Source of the DNA: Rhizodiscina lignyota
Lineage: Eukaryota
Assembly (NCBI GenBank): GCA_010015805.1
Contig: ML978124.1
Span: forward strand, 744,001 to 808,000
Length of the DNA: 64,000 nucleotides
Direction of reading: 5' to 3'
Shown here: one piece after another, positions 11,801 to 24,912 of the stretch
How positions within the stretch are numbered: position 1 is the first letter of the stretch
Layout: every line of letters starts with the position of its first letter
The notes under the pieces: generated by a model
Databases searched by the model: none
Told to the model about the DNA's origin: nothing
What the model saw: the letters and a program-made list of their open reading frames with translations, nothing else
Position numbers and translations under genes: made by a program

Positions 11801-12351
11801 GCCACCGGCGTATCAGTTAACGAAAAGCAATTGACTGTTCCATTGTTTGGTGTCACGCCAGTTGTTGCGAGGCCTGCAGGGGCAGTAATTGTAGCATTAG
11901 TTGCGGTGAAGCCCGTGGAGAGCGGCGGGTTGACCTGGTTTACAGCAGTGGTGGAATTTGACGGAGCAGAAGCAGGATTCGATATGTTCGATACGCTATT
12001 CGGCTGAATTCCTGACGGGTTTGTCGGGTGTTGGGGTGTATTATCATTCACACTTTGCCGCGTACTAGTCGCCGCCGTTTCTGGCGACAAGCCTGGCATC
12101 GAAGCCGAAGAACGCGAACTTGACGACGAAGAGACGATAGTTTTACTTGAATTGGATATTTGCCGTGGAAAGTGCAGCCTTGGAGCGTCTTGAAAGCCAA
12201 CTATTTGCGGTAAGTAGCATACTCGAATATTTGATTAGACGGGCATCCGCAGCGAGAACACACCTTCATTAGAGCCTTGAACTAGTAGTCCGCCTAGAGA
12301 CAACAGCAGCAAGGTGGCAAGAGCCCTGCAGAACGAGCGTGATAAACTCAT
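8872..12351 (-). CDS. Large secreted Ser/Thr/Gly/Pro-rich, probably GPI-anchored cell-surface (mucin/adhesin-like) protein, about 5 exons
   Basis: Signal peptide MSLSRSFCRALATLLLLSLGGLLVQG at ATG 12351; Cys-containing domain FTASPPCCSQCTINADNVRLFYWP; repeated beta-rich units such as VIGSQTLSPGGP; hydrophobic C-terminus preceded by an SSSNNA omega-like site. Confidence 0.85.
10470..10725 (-). repeat. Intragenic tandem repeat, about 4 units of NNAPGPSSGSNPTPSGND-like peptide
   Basis: Recurring gttgggtttgagccgctcga / cattattcgaac blocks spaced about 60-72 bp apart. Confidence 0.85.
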
Positions 12352-15100
12352 CAGAACCTCCTCAGAGAGGAACTGATCAACGATTGACAAAGATAAAATC
12401 GAAAGAGTATAATCTTGGTCGCATCCTCATAAAAGACAAAGTTTAGAAAAGGAGTGCCAGTTGCCAATATCCCAACGGCCCGCGTATGTATCACAAGCCC
12501 ATGCTGTGGACACGGCTAATCTGTTTCTGGAGAATCGTCGGATCGAAGGTAGAAGAACAGTTTTGCCAAGCCGTGACATGCGCAAGAGTGGTTGCTCTGC
12601 AGAATGCTTTGAGATCATGCGAAGTAAGCGGTACGGATAAATAGCATACGGACCCAGATTGTCAAGACTGACGCCATATCAGAGGTCCGGTTTCACTAGG
12701 GCTGACATAATGCGAGGCTTGCGGCGGAAGACTTTCCAAACTCGACATTGGCCACAGTGAGCCTCGTGGAAGCCGCACGTTTGAGCGCCACGCTTGAAGC
12801 TTGATTTATCCTCGGTGGCTCGTTAAACGGCGTTCCGACTTCCGTCAAGGGAAAGGATTGAGGCTCTCGACTCCTCGAGCGACGGGATGTCACAAATCGA
12901 CACTCATATCCCTGATCAAGATGGACAAGGGACATTAAAGAACACAAATTCAACCATCTGATGATTCTAGTGGCATTAATAAAGCGGCTCCATACCGTGT
13001 CGCGGGCCGCAATTCAAATGACATCCAATTTCAATCTAGGTCAAGACGACAACCGGGTAACTCTAAATGAGGGTCTTCATGGAGATGAATGCGGTCTCAG
13101 TATCGATTTGGCTTCTCTTCTGTTGATCTTGGCTGGACTGACATGCAGATAAGGCAAGGCGAAGAGTGGTTGTGGATGAAACCTGCATGGGAGAATTTGC
13201 AAAAGCGCTTCGAGGAACCCTTCCAGAGATGTCGCAGCTTGTACCAGTATTGGATCTCTTGGAAGTCATACTTGGCAGCTAGACAGACGCCTGATCGGCT
13301 CGCCCCGCCCATGAGTTCTTTTCCGGGAGATGATGAGAAGATGTTGTAGGTGATGCAACGAGTGCGGTGAGAGACGGTAATCCGGAATTAAGTTTAGAGG
13401 CGGCCGATGCACGTCCTATTTTGGCTTAGGGTAATACTAGAAAAGTATGTTAGCCCCCGTTCAGAAATCCAACTGCCAGCGTTACGTTAAGCAGCATGCC
13501 AGCAACTTCCTAAAAGCATTCTGTACTCGGGCTAGACCTGCGCACGAGCTTTGTGCTGCGTATACGCGTCATGAGCTAGCCGCTTGCCGCTTGCCGCGTG
13601 CAATCACAAATGCATATTATTCTAGCTTGTCTGGGTTATTTTCGCACATGATACGTTTCTACGATTCTTATGCATTTACAGAATGACAGATATAGCGAAA
13701 AGCCTACGCTTTGAGCGTCCAAGCACCAATCGCATAAATGAAGCGCTTTAGATATTAAAGGGAGTGAGTGGAGTTAATCGAATTCTCTTATGTACGGTAC
13801 TTGGCAGGCGACGATTCCTTGGCTCTCATATCAAAAGCGGCAAGGATCAACAGGACATGGAATTCAGGGGCAAACGGTCCCACGCGCCGCGGCTTGGATG
13901 GGCAAATTTTCCGCGTAAAATCAAATCCACATCCCTGAAATATCTGGAGTTGGCGAGGACTTTTTGCACTTTTCAATCTTCGTCTGAAGGTTCACAACAA
14001 AAAGGAGCTGGCTGAATATTTCGAATGACAGAGTAGAGCCAATCGCCAACTCATGTTTAGCGAGAGAAATGCCAGCAACCACACTTTACCGAAAACGTGC
14101 AACAATAAAACGATCCCGGAGATACTGACTTCGAAAAGACTGCAAGACGAGAAATCTCGATCCTTGCCTATCCGCACCTACGCACTTTTCCGCCGGAATC
14201 GCACGCGGAATGCGCGGAGCTTGATGCTTTGTTCAAGTCAGGAGGATAGAGATACCTTTGGTAATCGAAGAGCTTCCCCCCCGACAAGCGGCAAAGCTAG
14301 TTTCCACTATCGATGCTCGTCATCACGGATGGCGCAGAGAAGCACCGCTCCTCTGCGTAACGTGTTCCACCAGGCCTTTACGTCCGCCGGGTCTTTGCAG
14401 GCTAACTTAAGGACGCTTCACTTGGCACGTTCTTATTCTAAGGATGCAAAGACCTGGCGGAAGACGCTATTGGAAGGAGAAGATAACCCAAGACAATTTC
14501 CATCACTTTCTGGAGATTTGGAATTGCAGTATATCAACTGGATGGTTCAATATTCTCCAGTTGACCAGACGCGATCCTGGCACCGTTGTATTCATTATTC
14601 AGTGTCGGATCAGTAGGTAAGTTCGTGTCAAAGGCGCTTGTTGGACAATCTGTCCCTCGCGTATGCCATTCATCATCGATTACATGTCCTCTTCCGATTG
14701 CACTCCAAGAGGTTACAGCAGCATAGGAAATCTTTCCAATATGGAACCGGCCTTGGACTCAAAAAGTACCCCAACAAGACCACATTACCAGTCGACAGAT
14801 GGACTACCCACTTACGAGATTTGTCTACACGATAAGGCCCTAATCCAGCAACTACCTTAATGGAAGAAGAATGGTAATGCCGCTTTACTTGCCATGCAAT
14901 TGTGAATCCTCTCGGCTTCGAAGTACTCGATCTCGCAGTTGCTATTACGACCTTCGATGGAGAGGCGCTCGACAAAGGCAAGCTCGGGCTACTCTATATC
15001 AATATGGGCTCAGTGAGATTAGACAAAAGATTCATTGACACTCTCGAGTATATTGAAGAGCAAGACCTATGTTTCCCCGGCCACCCCAAAAAACTATTTA

Positions 15101-16876
15101 TTAAATACCAGGTAAACCCTCCCTCGGAGACGATGGCGGCGCATCCTCAGCCCTCGCATGCATACCCGTCATGTCACCTGGACCTGACATCCGTACATCT
15201 TCCTGTCCTCCACGCGGCGACGGTGGACGAGATCCAACTGGTGGCACAAGGATAGAGATGCCATCGTGTGGTGATGGATAAGCCGACACCCGCTGATCGT
15301 GATTGTCTTGATACGGGCCAGGAGGGAAGCTGGCAAAGCCTGGTGGAGGATGAAATACACCGGGCATTAGCCCAACATCTCTCATCGGCTCTGGTCTGAA
15401 GCTTTCGCCATCGGGTCTAGGTGCTGGCGGTGAAGTATGTCTACCAGGCTCGGGGATGGGCGGGGAGAGTTGAGGAAATGGTTCCTGCTGAGAAAATGGC
15501 TCCTGCTGAGGAGTCGATTCCGGCTGGGTCGGCTGGGGCGGCTGGGGAATCCGTTCCAGTGGAGCAGACGTATTTGGCGGAGGATGGGAGTGTGGGAAGG
15601 GCGGCGAAGGCGTGGCTTGCGGCCGGTCTGGAGCTGTTCATATGAGGACACGTTAGCAACGTCTTCTAGATACGAAAGCGTTATGGATAGAAATATTAAA
15701 TCGCTGTTCGAAGAAGGGAAAGCACAAACTCTAACCAATGGGGTCACTCGCGAAACGAGTCTGCTTACGCCCACCAGGTCTACCGCTCTCTCGAGCATCG
15801 TGCCTCCCGGCACCATTCGCACCGTGCATGAATTCATTATCGGGACCGGGATCATCTTCAAAATAATCTCGTCCTGGGTGGCCTGCGCCCCCTTGCCTGC
15901 CGAAGAAAGGGCCCCGATGATCTAGTCTTCCAGGTCCTGGGCCGTGTTGTTGAGGGAGGTATCTCATATCTTCTTCTGCGTAGCCAGGCATGCCACCTGG
16001 CGGGCGCCCGCCGCTCGCACCTGGTGGTATACCAGTACCAAATCCGCCGCCGAATCCAGGTGGTCCTTGAGGTGGAAAACGAGGACCTGGAGGCATGCCA
16101 CCAGGAGGACCAGGCGGGCCGAAATCGTCGTCCCAGCCGTTTTCACCCGGCCAGCGGTTCTCGAGGTTTCTGACTCGATTATGGAGACCTCCAATATCTT
16201 TTCGTATTCTCCGAATATCTGAATTCCTCTCGTGGCGGGGTGGTCTTCTGGAACTTCGTGGGTGGTGAAAATCGCCTTCGTCATCACCAAAGCCGCCATA
16301 GTCGTTCGAATCACTGCCGTAACCTTCTGCGCTTGATGGATAGCGAGGGGGAGGTCTGCCGCCATCATCATAGCGTCTTGAAGATCCATATCCTCCATTT
16401 GGTCTTGGTCTCCTCTCAAAGTCTTCATCGTCCTCTTCTATGCGGTGTCTGTGTCTTCGACTTCTCCTTCTCGATGAGCTCTCGTGATCTGGATCATCGC
16501 AGTAATAGCCTCCATCGCGCCTCTTCATCCTCACTTCCGGAGTAATCCTAATGTCAATGTCTTCTCCTCCAATCTTTCCTCTCTGCCTGAACTCGAGATC
16601 TTCGTACAAACCGGGGTCGTCACGTGGATCGTATGTTCGGGGCGGAGGAGGGTAGTACCGCTCGGGATACTCTCGACGTGGAGTTGGATAGTTTTGGTCA
16701 AAGCCCAATGGTACAGGCCGAAATATTACACGATCGGTATAAGGGTTGTAGAGCGGTAGGTTGGAGTTTCGAGCCATACTGCGCTCGTTGTTGGTTGGGA
16801 CGAGAGCCAGGGCTGTGTTGGACGGCGAATATGGCGGGGGAAGGTCATGCAGAGTCGTCGAAATTGCTGCGCCCAT
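15101..16876 (-). CDS. Hypothetical low-complexity Pro/Gly/Arg-rich protein (intron 15634-15735)
   Basis: ORF 15731-16876 splices (GTTAGA...GCTAAC...AACAG) in frame into the frame of ORF 15101-15385; N-terminus MGAAIS. Confidence 0.75.
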
Positions 16877-17924
16877 GTTGGAGATTGTTTACTGAAGTAG
16901 TTGTAGAGGAAATGGAGCGGGGTAGGCAATAGAAGCAAATGGGATACAAGGAGTCAAAGAAGCCATACATTCGTCAACGGGATGCGCTCAGCTGAGTCCA
17001 CTTCTTCTCTTCCCACGGTTATTACGCTGAAATCGCGTTCTCGTCGTCAAAGCAAAATCATGTGAAGAGAAGAGGCCAGAAAGAACATATGAAAGCCAAA
17101 GTCATTGAGAAATAGCTCCCAGAGAAGCTTTGCTGCGAAAAACTTGATTGATGCCTTACGATAATTGCCCTGCTTGACGCCTCGCTTGAGGAGAAAAGAG
17201 CAAACGTTGCTACACCGGTCTTATCACACCTTGTACTATTGCATACAAGTGCTGGATTTGTTGTCCTGAGTTGGACGCTGTGCAACGTTGCTTCAGTATC
17301 AGCTGTTTGTTGAGATCTTGTTCTCCGAGGTCAGTACAGCCAAAGCTAAACCTAATTCGGAAGGCCCTGAATATCATCTTGTCACTGGCTGTCTCATCGT
17401 CTGTTCTCATTCATTTGTGCTTGGAGTCATCAGTGTATCCAAGTATCATGAAGTGAGGTCTATTGCCCTCTCAATTGGATCAAATATTTCAGATTGATGA
17501 TACCGGGTAACATTTTTAAGACGTCTAGCGCCTAACATTACTACTTGAAAAGCCACAAAGTCGCAGCGTCGTCGTCATCATCAATTGTCATGAAGTCTTC
17601 ATCATCGCTCGTGGCATCATTCCCCAGACGTTTGCAGTCATGGAAACAAACCAGGATGACTAGAAAGATCATGCCAATGACACGAAGAACAGCCGCAAGA
17701 TGAGAGTCGGAGACAAATTGAAGCAAGGATGTACAAATCCAACGCCGCGAAAGCCCCAATCCGAAAATCCAAAGGGACCAAATAAGCACAATTGAAAGAA
17801 GAGGTCCACGAGGACATGACCGAACAAGCAATCTGGTCTCAGTAATATGGATCATCGCAAGCAACAAACTCTTCTCTTGTCAAACCACCACAAGCACTCT
17901 GCGCACCTGATATCACAGAAACAC

Positions 17925-20900
17925 CTAGAAGATCATCGACCTCGTCTTCTGCCGTCTCTGCGCTTGCCCCATCGCACTCCGCATGTGCGCCGCGTGTCTC
18001 GGGCTCTTGTCAATCGGCATGGGCCTGTCACCTTCATCTTCTTCCTCAACATCAAGCAAACCCGTCTTTCGGTGCATGGTGTCCTCCATCTTTGGTGCAC
18101 TCGACGGCCTCTCCTCCACAGTCTCACCCTTTGCCTTCGGAACCGGCTTCCTGGAGCCCATCATGGTCTTTGCCTCTTTCCTAAGCACCATGTCGGTCCA
18201 GCCTTTGCTCGAGCTGGTGTCGGACTTTCCAACAACGTCGGCCAGCGCCTTCATCCAGCCGGCCTTCTGGTCATTGTTGTCGGCGTAGAAATCGATCGTC
18301 TCGCCGTTTGCGAAGCGGATGCGGAAGCCTTCTTCGACGAACATGTAGCCCTCTTCTTCTTCCGCGAATGCGGATTTACGGCGTGACTTGCCAGTCTTGG
18401 TAGGCGAAGAAGTATCTGGCTGGAGGAGAGAGGAGCGGTCGTCGATGAGCTTGACCGCTTTCGCGAGGTTGATTGTTGCTCGGGGCTGATGGGTAGACTC
18501 ATGGTATGCAGTGAGCTTTGTGCCTTGGAGGCGGAAGAATCGGCGGCGCCAGTACTATACTTCTCGTTAGCAACAATTCTAGGCAAAAGGCGAACAGTAT
18601 GAGACTTACTGGGCAGTCACCACCTTGCTGACTCAAACAGCCCTCCCACTTCTTTCCTGCTGCTTCCCTTACACGCTCCATCTCCCTCACGGCGCCATTC
18701 AAGCTTCGAGGCATGTCATCGTCGGTAGCACCCTTCGGCTTTGGCACATATAGCAGTTGCAATTGCAGCTTGCCGACCTGATAAGGCGGTCTCCTCACGG
18801 CTTCTCCTCCCCTATGACCGCGTTTGCTCCGCATACTCTCAATGACCATGGGGTCGCTCTCTGCCGCCCACTCATTATACGCAGGAACGTCGACTGACAA
18901 CGGACGACCATAGCATGACTCTTCGAAGGACTTGAGCGAGATATACGAGCGAGCGAACGAACCGTCAGGCGCTACTAGATCATGCAGCATGTCCCAAGCA
19001 GTCTGCGCAGTCTTTGGGGCCATCGAAGACGCAGCTGAAGCACGCTTAGCCGCAGCCTCACGCTCCTTCTGCTCTTGTGCAGCGCGCTCACGCTCTTCGG
19101 CTTGTCGGCGTGCCTCGGCTTCTTTGCGCTTCTTCGGAGACATGAGGAGTTGCGAGAAGGAGCTCTTCTTCGCTGTATGTGTCTTCTTTGTAGGGGAACT
19201 GGCAGATGCCGAGGGGCCAGACTTGGGCTTTGCAGGCTGCGGTGGAGGAGTGAGCTTCGTCTGCAGAGTGAGCTGGAATTCGAGGTCATTCAAAACGACA
19301 AGTTCAAACTCTTGGCCAATAGGTGCTGCACGATTCAATTCGAGCCAAGACGTAGTAACGCAGTGCAGGCCATTGTCGAGAGTGAGCTGGAAGTTGGTGC
19401 GTTCGGTCTTGGGGAGAGGCAGATCGAGGTCCTTTACACCAATGACTTTCACAAAGAGCCTCCCACGCTCGGCACCCTCATCGTAGTCTGCTTCTTCATA
19501 GCTGTCACGTGAAGCTGTCTCCTCCGCAAGGGGACCGCTGACGCTGCTTTCCTGGCCTGGCAGTGGGGGTACAGGGCCAGTTGCTGGAACAGTCTTGCGA
19601 GAGCCAGATGCAGTGCGAATGCTCTTGCGTCTGACCTTCCCATTCCATGGTTCAGTTGTCAAGAACTTGTTCCCGGCGCTAGACTTCCGAGGCGAGGGAC
19701 CGGCACTCCGTGTGCCGCGCACTGGTGCTTCGTGCTTCATCTCCGGCGAGGCAGGCACTTTCTCATCCGAGAAGTCTCTCGCGCGCGCAACAACAACCTT
19801 TGTGTTTTGACGCATCAAATATCCCTTCTTCTGCGCCTCAATCACTCGGTCAAATTCCTGGGTCAATTCCAAGCTAAGGCCACCGAGTTCTTCACGGCCA
19901 AAGCTAATGCCGTCGATGGTGATCTTCTCGAGAGAGGACTTGCGAAAAGGCTCCTCTTCGTCTTCAGCATCGACTTGAGACTCAGCCTGTGCGATGCCGA
20001 TGGAAGAGCGTCTGCGTGGGCTCTTGGCTGGGACAGGAGGCACTTGTGGCATGTCCTCGCCGGAAACGCGACGGCGCTGAGCAGCCATTGCGCCGGCATC
20101 AGCATGGGTGAGGGATGGACGAGCCTTGAGCTGAGAACCAGGCGCTTTGATGGTTGATGATTGCTCTGGGATAAATGGAGATTCGTGTTCTTCTGGCTCA
20201 ATTGTAGAAGGATTGTGGATGACCGAGCCTGGACTGCCTGGTGCCGGCTCCTCTGCGATCTCTTCATCAGATGCGCTCGATGTGGAGTTCTTGAGATCGG
20301 AAAGAGGAGTTGATGGTCGCTGGAGAAAGTCATGCACAGCCTCAAGCTTTGGCATAGCGTCTATTGGATTCGGAGGAGCTGGGCGCTCTGAAGGGGCCGT
20401 ATCCTCTTGCGACATGTAGCTCTGGAGTCCCATCTTGAAATCTCCGTCGTCAAGAAGGCTGTCAAACTCAGGCAAACTGCTGCGCCCAGAGTCACCACCG
20501 TTCTCTTTAGCGCGCTCAAGGAGTGGAGAACGTGCTTTCGAGATGTTGAATTCATCGGCTTTTGGGGTGGGTGGGCCTTCATCCTCAGTGGTGCTATTAG
20601 AGTTAACACCCTTCTTAACGTGGTCTGAGCCATCACTCCCGCGACGAATGACCGAGCCTTCGCGATCGTGGAGGTCCATGCGAGATGGGGAACGTTCCGG
20701 GCTGTACAAGTCTGGAATAGAATACACGTCGACTTCACTCTCCTCATCTTCCTGCTTGATGCGCATTTCGGTTTGCGCATTCTCATGCGGATTCTCATCG
20801 AAATTGCTGGAAGCTTCGCGGGAGGGGATAGGAACATCAGGATCAAGAGTGGCAAGGTCAAAGTCTCCATAGCCACTGCCATCATAAAGATTGTCCTTCT

Positions 20901-22586
20901 CGTCATCGTCATCATCATCAGCCCTCATCTTCCGGAGGATCGATTCTCGAGAGATGTGTGGGACCTCGATCTCTCCCTTTTCTGGTTCAGCAGTTTCATC
21001 CTCATGGACCTGAATACCCATGCCATGGTCTCTGACGTGTGCCTTTTGCAGCCTTGCAGCACGTGCCGCGCGAACTTCATTCGGTGGAGATTCCGCATTA
21101 GAATCTTGCATACCCATAAGGCGAAACCTGTCTTCAAGAGATAAGGAAGAGCGGTCCTTCATGTTGAGAATTTCAGCCTTGGAGACAGTAGCGGGTCCTG
21201 GAGGAGAAGGAAGCGACCGCGGATTGCTGCTTGCGCGTTCCGCAGTGGCAGACAGGCGTGGAGCACGCGACTGTTGCATACCAGGTATTGGAGGAAGGGG
21301 ACGATCTGTGTCTGATGTCGCTGATTCGGATCGGAAAGAGGTTAGGCGGACTACGCTAGCCTTGGCTGATGGCGAAGGGCTACCATTCGGACCATCGAAA
21401 GGATCTTCGAAAGTTTGAACCAGGCCATTGTTAGCGTTTTCCGGGCTCATGTAACGCCAGTCCTCAGGCAAGACTACTGGAGTCTTTGCAGTATCCTCCA
21501 GGCTCTCATCGAAACTGTCCTCGCGCCCACCGTGATGCTCATTGTACTCCTCTGAATCATAGTCTGAATCTTCGTAACTGCCCTCGCGAGATCCAGATGC
21601 AACAGACGATGGGTCTGGTGTCACCATCTCATATTCATTAACTTGTGGCGGACCATTGTCAAATGTGACGCTCTTAGCTTGACGACGGAGAGGACGTGGG
21701 GTGGATGTGCGGACCTCGGAGTCGCCCTCTGAGAAGGTAGAGTTGTCAGCGTCGAATTTTGAAGCATTACTCGTGCGACCAGTGCTGGATATGGAGCCTC
21801 TTGATGGGCTTGATTGTTCCGATTTTGCTGGAGAAGAGCTGTTGAGAAGAGGAATCTTGCTCTGGCTCTGGCCTCGGCGGTGTCCCCGAAACTCAGGGTT
21901 GTTCTTCCGCATACCCTCTAATCCTTCGCCGTTGAAAGCGTTGCCTTGCACCTGGACGGTGAGAGGACGGCCCGTCGCAAGCGGACGCTCAAGTTGAAGC
22001 TGTGGCGATGCTGGATCGTACTCGTTCTTCTGTTCGCGAGCAAACATGCTGCTGTTCTTGACACGTGAAGCCTTCTTCAGCTTTTCAATTGAGGAACGGC
22101 GCTGCGGCGACGCAGTGATTTCGGGATCATAGGCATTCTCAGAGGATGGGATGAATCGAGATGGCGATGTTGGGTCCCGGCCCTGCCAGAAGGCACGCGG
22201 CGACCCTGCAGAATTGGTGCTCGTATTCCAAGGTGACGAATCAAAGGGCGAGGGCTCGCGCTTGAACATCATTTGCTGCGTGCAAAGCTTAGCATTGCTA
22301 TATTTGATGGTGCGATGGAATGTGGAGTTGGTGCGACGTACCTTGGTCGCTTGATTATAACTTGGGGAATTCCGCCTGCGCTCCATCGGGCTAATTTCGC
22401 TCAGTGGACGATGGTTGCTAGAGCTCATTTTGGTAGGTGATGAAGACGGGTTGTTCTTATTAATGCGGAGAGGCTGCACCTTCGCGTCCACGTTAGCCTT
22501 GTTGCTCTTGTTTACAATTCATTATCACCTGACGGCGAGATGCGCCAGGCGAACAGTCGGCAACAACTTACAGCTTCAGAAGGCAT
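17925..22586 (-). CDS. BUD4: Anillin-related bud-site selection/septation protein Bud4 (anillin-homology region + C-terminal PH domain)
   Basis: Motifs KSVTFD, EFDRVIEAQKKGYLMRQNTKVVVA, GRLFVKVIGVKDLDLPLP, TLDNGLHCVTT, EGCLSQQGGDCPYWRRRFF, GFRIRFANGETIDFYAD; first exon MPSEA at 22586-22572. Confidence 0.93.
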
Positions 22587-23064
22587 GGCGCCTCTCTCCA
22601 AATTGACAAAGTAAATGGTGTTTATCAATTATACAGTGGAATGTCGCACGTGGAGCGAGGAATGCGCGCTTTCCGCCGACGAGCTGGCCGCAGAATGAGC
22701 GACGACTCTTTTGACGGTGGGATAGAGAGAGTGATTCGAAGCGAACGTACAGGCTGCAGTTCAAGCTCCACGAAAGAAATGGAGAGCAGTAAAGCGATGC
22801 GTAGTGTACCAGCTCAGCAGCACTGATATCAAAGCTATTGGCGATGAGGCGAAGGGTTGTGCTGGCTTAAGAGCGCGATGTTATTCCCCGCCGCGCTAGC
22901 CTGCGTTGCCCAGCAACAGCCGTGCCACCAGAAAACCTGAAACTGGGAAGGAGCACGCGACGCACAAGCCACATGCGCCACACGCACCAGCCACACCGCA
23001 CTTTTTGCACCTCGACGTAAGGACTTCTGCTCTCGGTGCTGCCATTCCTCTCTCCACGTGTACG

Positions 23065-24912
23065 ATGCTACGCGCCACTCCCAGCCTGTGTCTCTTCTGC
23101 GAGGTCCGATCAGTACTCCACCCTAAATCCTCACCGTGGCTGCAGTCTCGACAATATGCTTCCAAACAGCTGCAGCGGCGCAAGCCAGCGCGTCTGGAGC
23201 TGTCCAGGAGAGTCGCCGAAGCTCCTCCCAAGCTCTCGTCTAGAGGAAAGCCGATCCAGAAACGAACCGGTAGTCCATTTGCGGCTATGAACCGCACGCG
23301 AGTGAACATTCGAGAGTCAAGGCCGTCGCCGCCGCCTGGCTCAGAGAAGAGACGAAAGCCTCCTGGAAGAGGCATTGAGCGAAAGGAGAAGCGGCAAGAT
23401 GGAGATTTCAGGGCGCTGAAGATGCAACGGGCGCTGTCTAATGTATCATACCAACGCCGCAGCTCCATCAAAGAGGAAATTAATCACATACAATCCTTCG
23501 AGCAATTCCCACTTCTACCAGTTGTCCAGGAGTCGATTTCGACGCAGGCGCTGAAAGGCATGGAGGACGCTGAACCGACTCCTATACAACGAGTCGCTAT
23601 TCCTGCGCTCCTTGGTACAGACAATGTGGGAAAGAGGACCAGGAAGCGTCGCGATGGTATGGAACAGTTCCTGCTGGCAGCAGAGACCGGCTCTGGCAAG
23701 ACGCTCGCCTACCTCCTCCCAATCATTGACGCGATCAAACATGCTGAAGCCCGAGAGGCCGAACAAGCAAAAGCAGAGGAAGACAACGCGAAGCGAAAGA
23801 AGGAGGAAAGGAAGGCAGGACAATTGTTCGAGCTCGATCCGGGAGAAGACGCCTTTGACAGTTCTGGCCGTCCTCGCGCGATCATTTTGGTCCCTACTGC
23901 AGAGCTAGTTGCGCAAGTTACAACTCTCGCAAAGGCACTCTGCCACAAAATCAAATTCCGTGTCTCTGGCATCAGCTCATCTATCAGTCCGACCGTAATC
24001 AAGAGTCGTCTGTTCGCACAAGCTAGCATTGACATGCTAGTCTCAACACCCCACCTCCTAGCCAGTATAGCTGATGCGGAACCAAGAGTCCTCTCACGAG
24101 TGTCTCATCTTGTCATTGACGAAGCCGATAGTCTATTTGATCGCAGTTTCGCAAAAGAGACCACTCCAATTATCGACAGATCCACCCCAACTTTGAAGCA
24201 GCTTATCCTTTGCTCTGCAACCATCCCTAGAAGCCTCGACAACTACCTCCGCACTCGCTTTCCGGACATCCGCCGTCTTGTGACACCAAACCTTCACGCT
24301 ATCCCCCGTCGTGTCCAGCTCGGCGTCGTTGAGGTTGATAAAGAACCTTACCGGGGCAACAAGTCTCTGGCTTGTGCAGACACCATCTGGACGATTGGAA
24401 AGAGTGCTGCGGAGCATGGCACAGGTCCCGATAAGGAGAACGTGGATACAAAGCGCATCATTGTCTTTGTAAACGAGCGCGACACAGCAAAGGAGGTCTC
24501 TGAATATCTTGTCTCGAAAGGCATCGACGCTATAGCTCTGAGCAGAGCTGTCGACAATGTTGAAAAGCAGGCCGAGGCGCTTGCAGACTTCACTGGGGCT
24601 GCATTGCCTACAACGTCACCGGGGCCGACTTCTGTTCCTCTATCAACAAAAGGTAGAGTTGCTCGCTCTCTTCCAAATACGAAAGTCCTTGTGGCAACAG
24701 ACCTGGGTTCTCGGGGTATCGACACAACCGCTGTGCGCCATGTTATCCTCTACGACGTGCCTCATACTACTATCGACTTTATCCATCGTCTCGGCCGCAC
24801 AGGTCGTATGGGCCGTCGTGGGCGCGGAATTGTTCTTGTGGGCAAGGGAGATAGACGAGATGTTGTGAAGGAGGTCAGAGAGGGAATGTTCATGGGCAAG
24901 GCATTGATATAG
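23065..24912 (+). CDS. MRH4: Mitochondrial DEAD-box RNA helicase Mrh4
   Basis: Motifs PTPIQ, AAETGSGKT, PTAEL, DEAD, SAT, TDLGSRGID, HRLGRTGR; Arg-rich presequence-like N-terminus; C-terminus EVREGMFMGKALI. Confidence 0.88.
   Translation: MLRATPSLCLFCEVRSVLHPKSSPWLQSRQYASKQLQRRKPARLELSRRVAEAPPKLSSRGKPIQKRTGSPFAAMNRTRVNIRESRPSPPPGSEKRRKPPGRGIERKEKRQDGDFRALKMQRALSNVSYQRRSSIKEEINHIQSFEQFPLLPVVQESISTQALKGMEDAEPTPIQRVAIPALLGTDNVGKRTRKRRDGMEQFLLAAETGSGKTLAYLLPIIDAIKHAEAREAEQAKAEEDNAKRKKEERKAGQLFELDPGEDAFDSSGRPRAIILVPTAELVAQVTTLAKALCHKIKFRVSGISSSISPTVIKSRLFAQASIDMLVSTPHLLASIADAEPRVLSRVSHLVIDEADSLFDRSFAKETTPIIDRSTPTLKQLILCSATIPRSLDNYLRTRFPDIRRLVTPNLHAIPRRVQLGVVEVDKEPYRGNKSLACADTIWTIGKSAAEHGTGPDKENVDTKRIIVFVNERDTAKEVSEYLVSKGIDAIALSRAVDNVEKQAEALADFTGAALPTTSPGPTSVPLSTKGRVARSLPNTKVLVATDLGSRGIDTTAVRHVILYDVPHTTIDFIHRLGRTGRMGRRGRGIVLVGKGDRRDVVKEVREGMFMGKALI

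Noticed and set aside
18932..22354. Numerous antisense ORFs over BUD4 and other GC-rich genes
   Set aside because: They are shadow ORFs expected from codon bias and carry no recognisable motifs.
22480..22586. Apparent non-AUG (GTG) start of BUD4 at 22491
   Set aside because: An upstream mini-exon ATG CCT TCT GAA GCT|GTAAGT with a GCTAAC branch point and in-frame acceptor gives a normal AUG start.
22906..23064. N-terminal extension of MRH4 in the ORF track
   Set aside because: It begins at TTG within the promoter region; the ATG at 23065 yields a presequence-like N-terminus.
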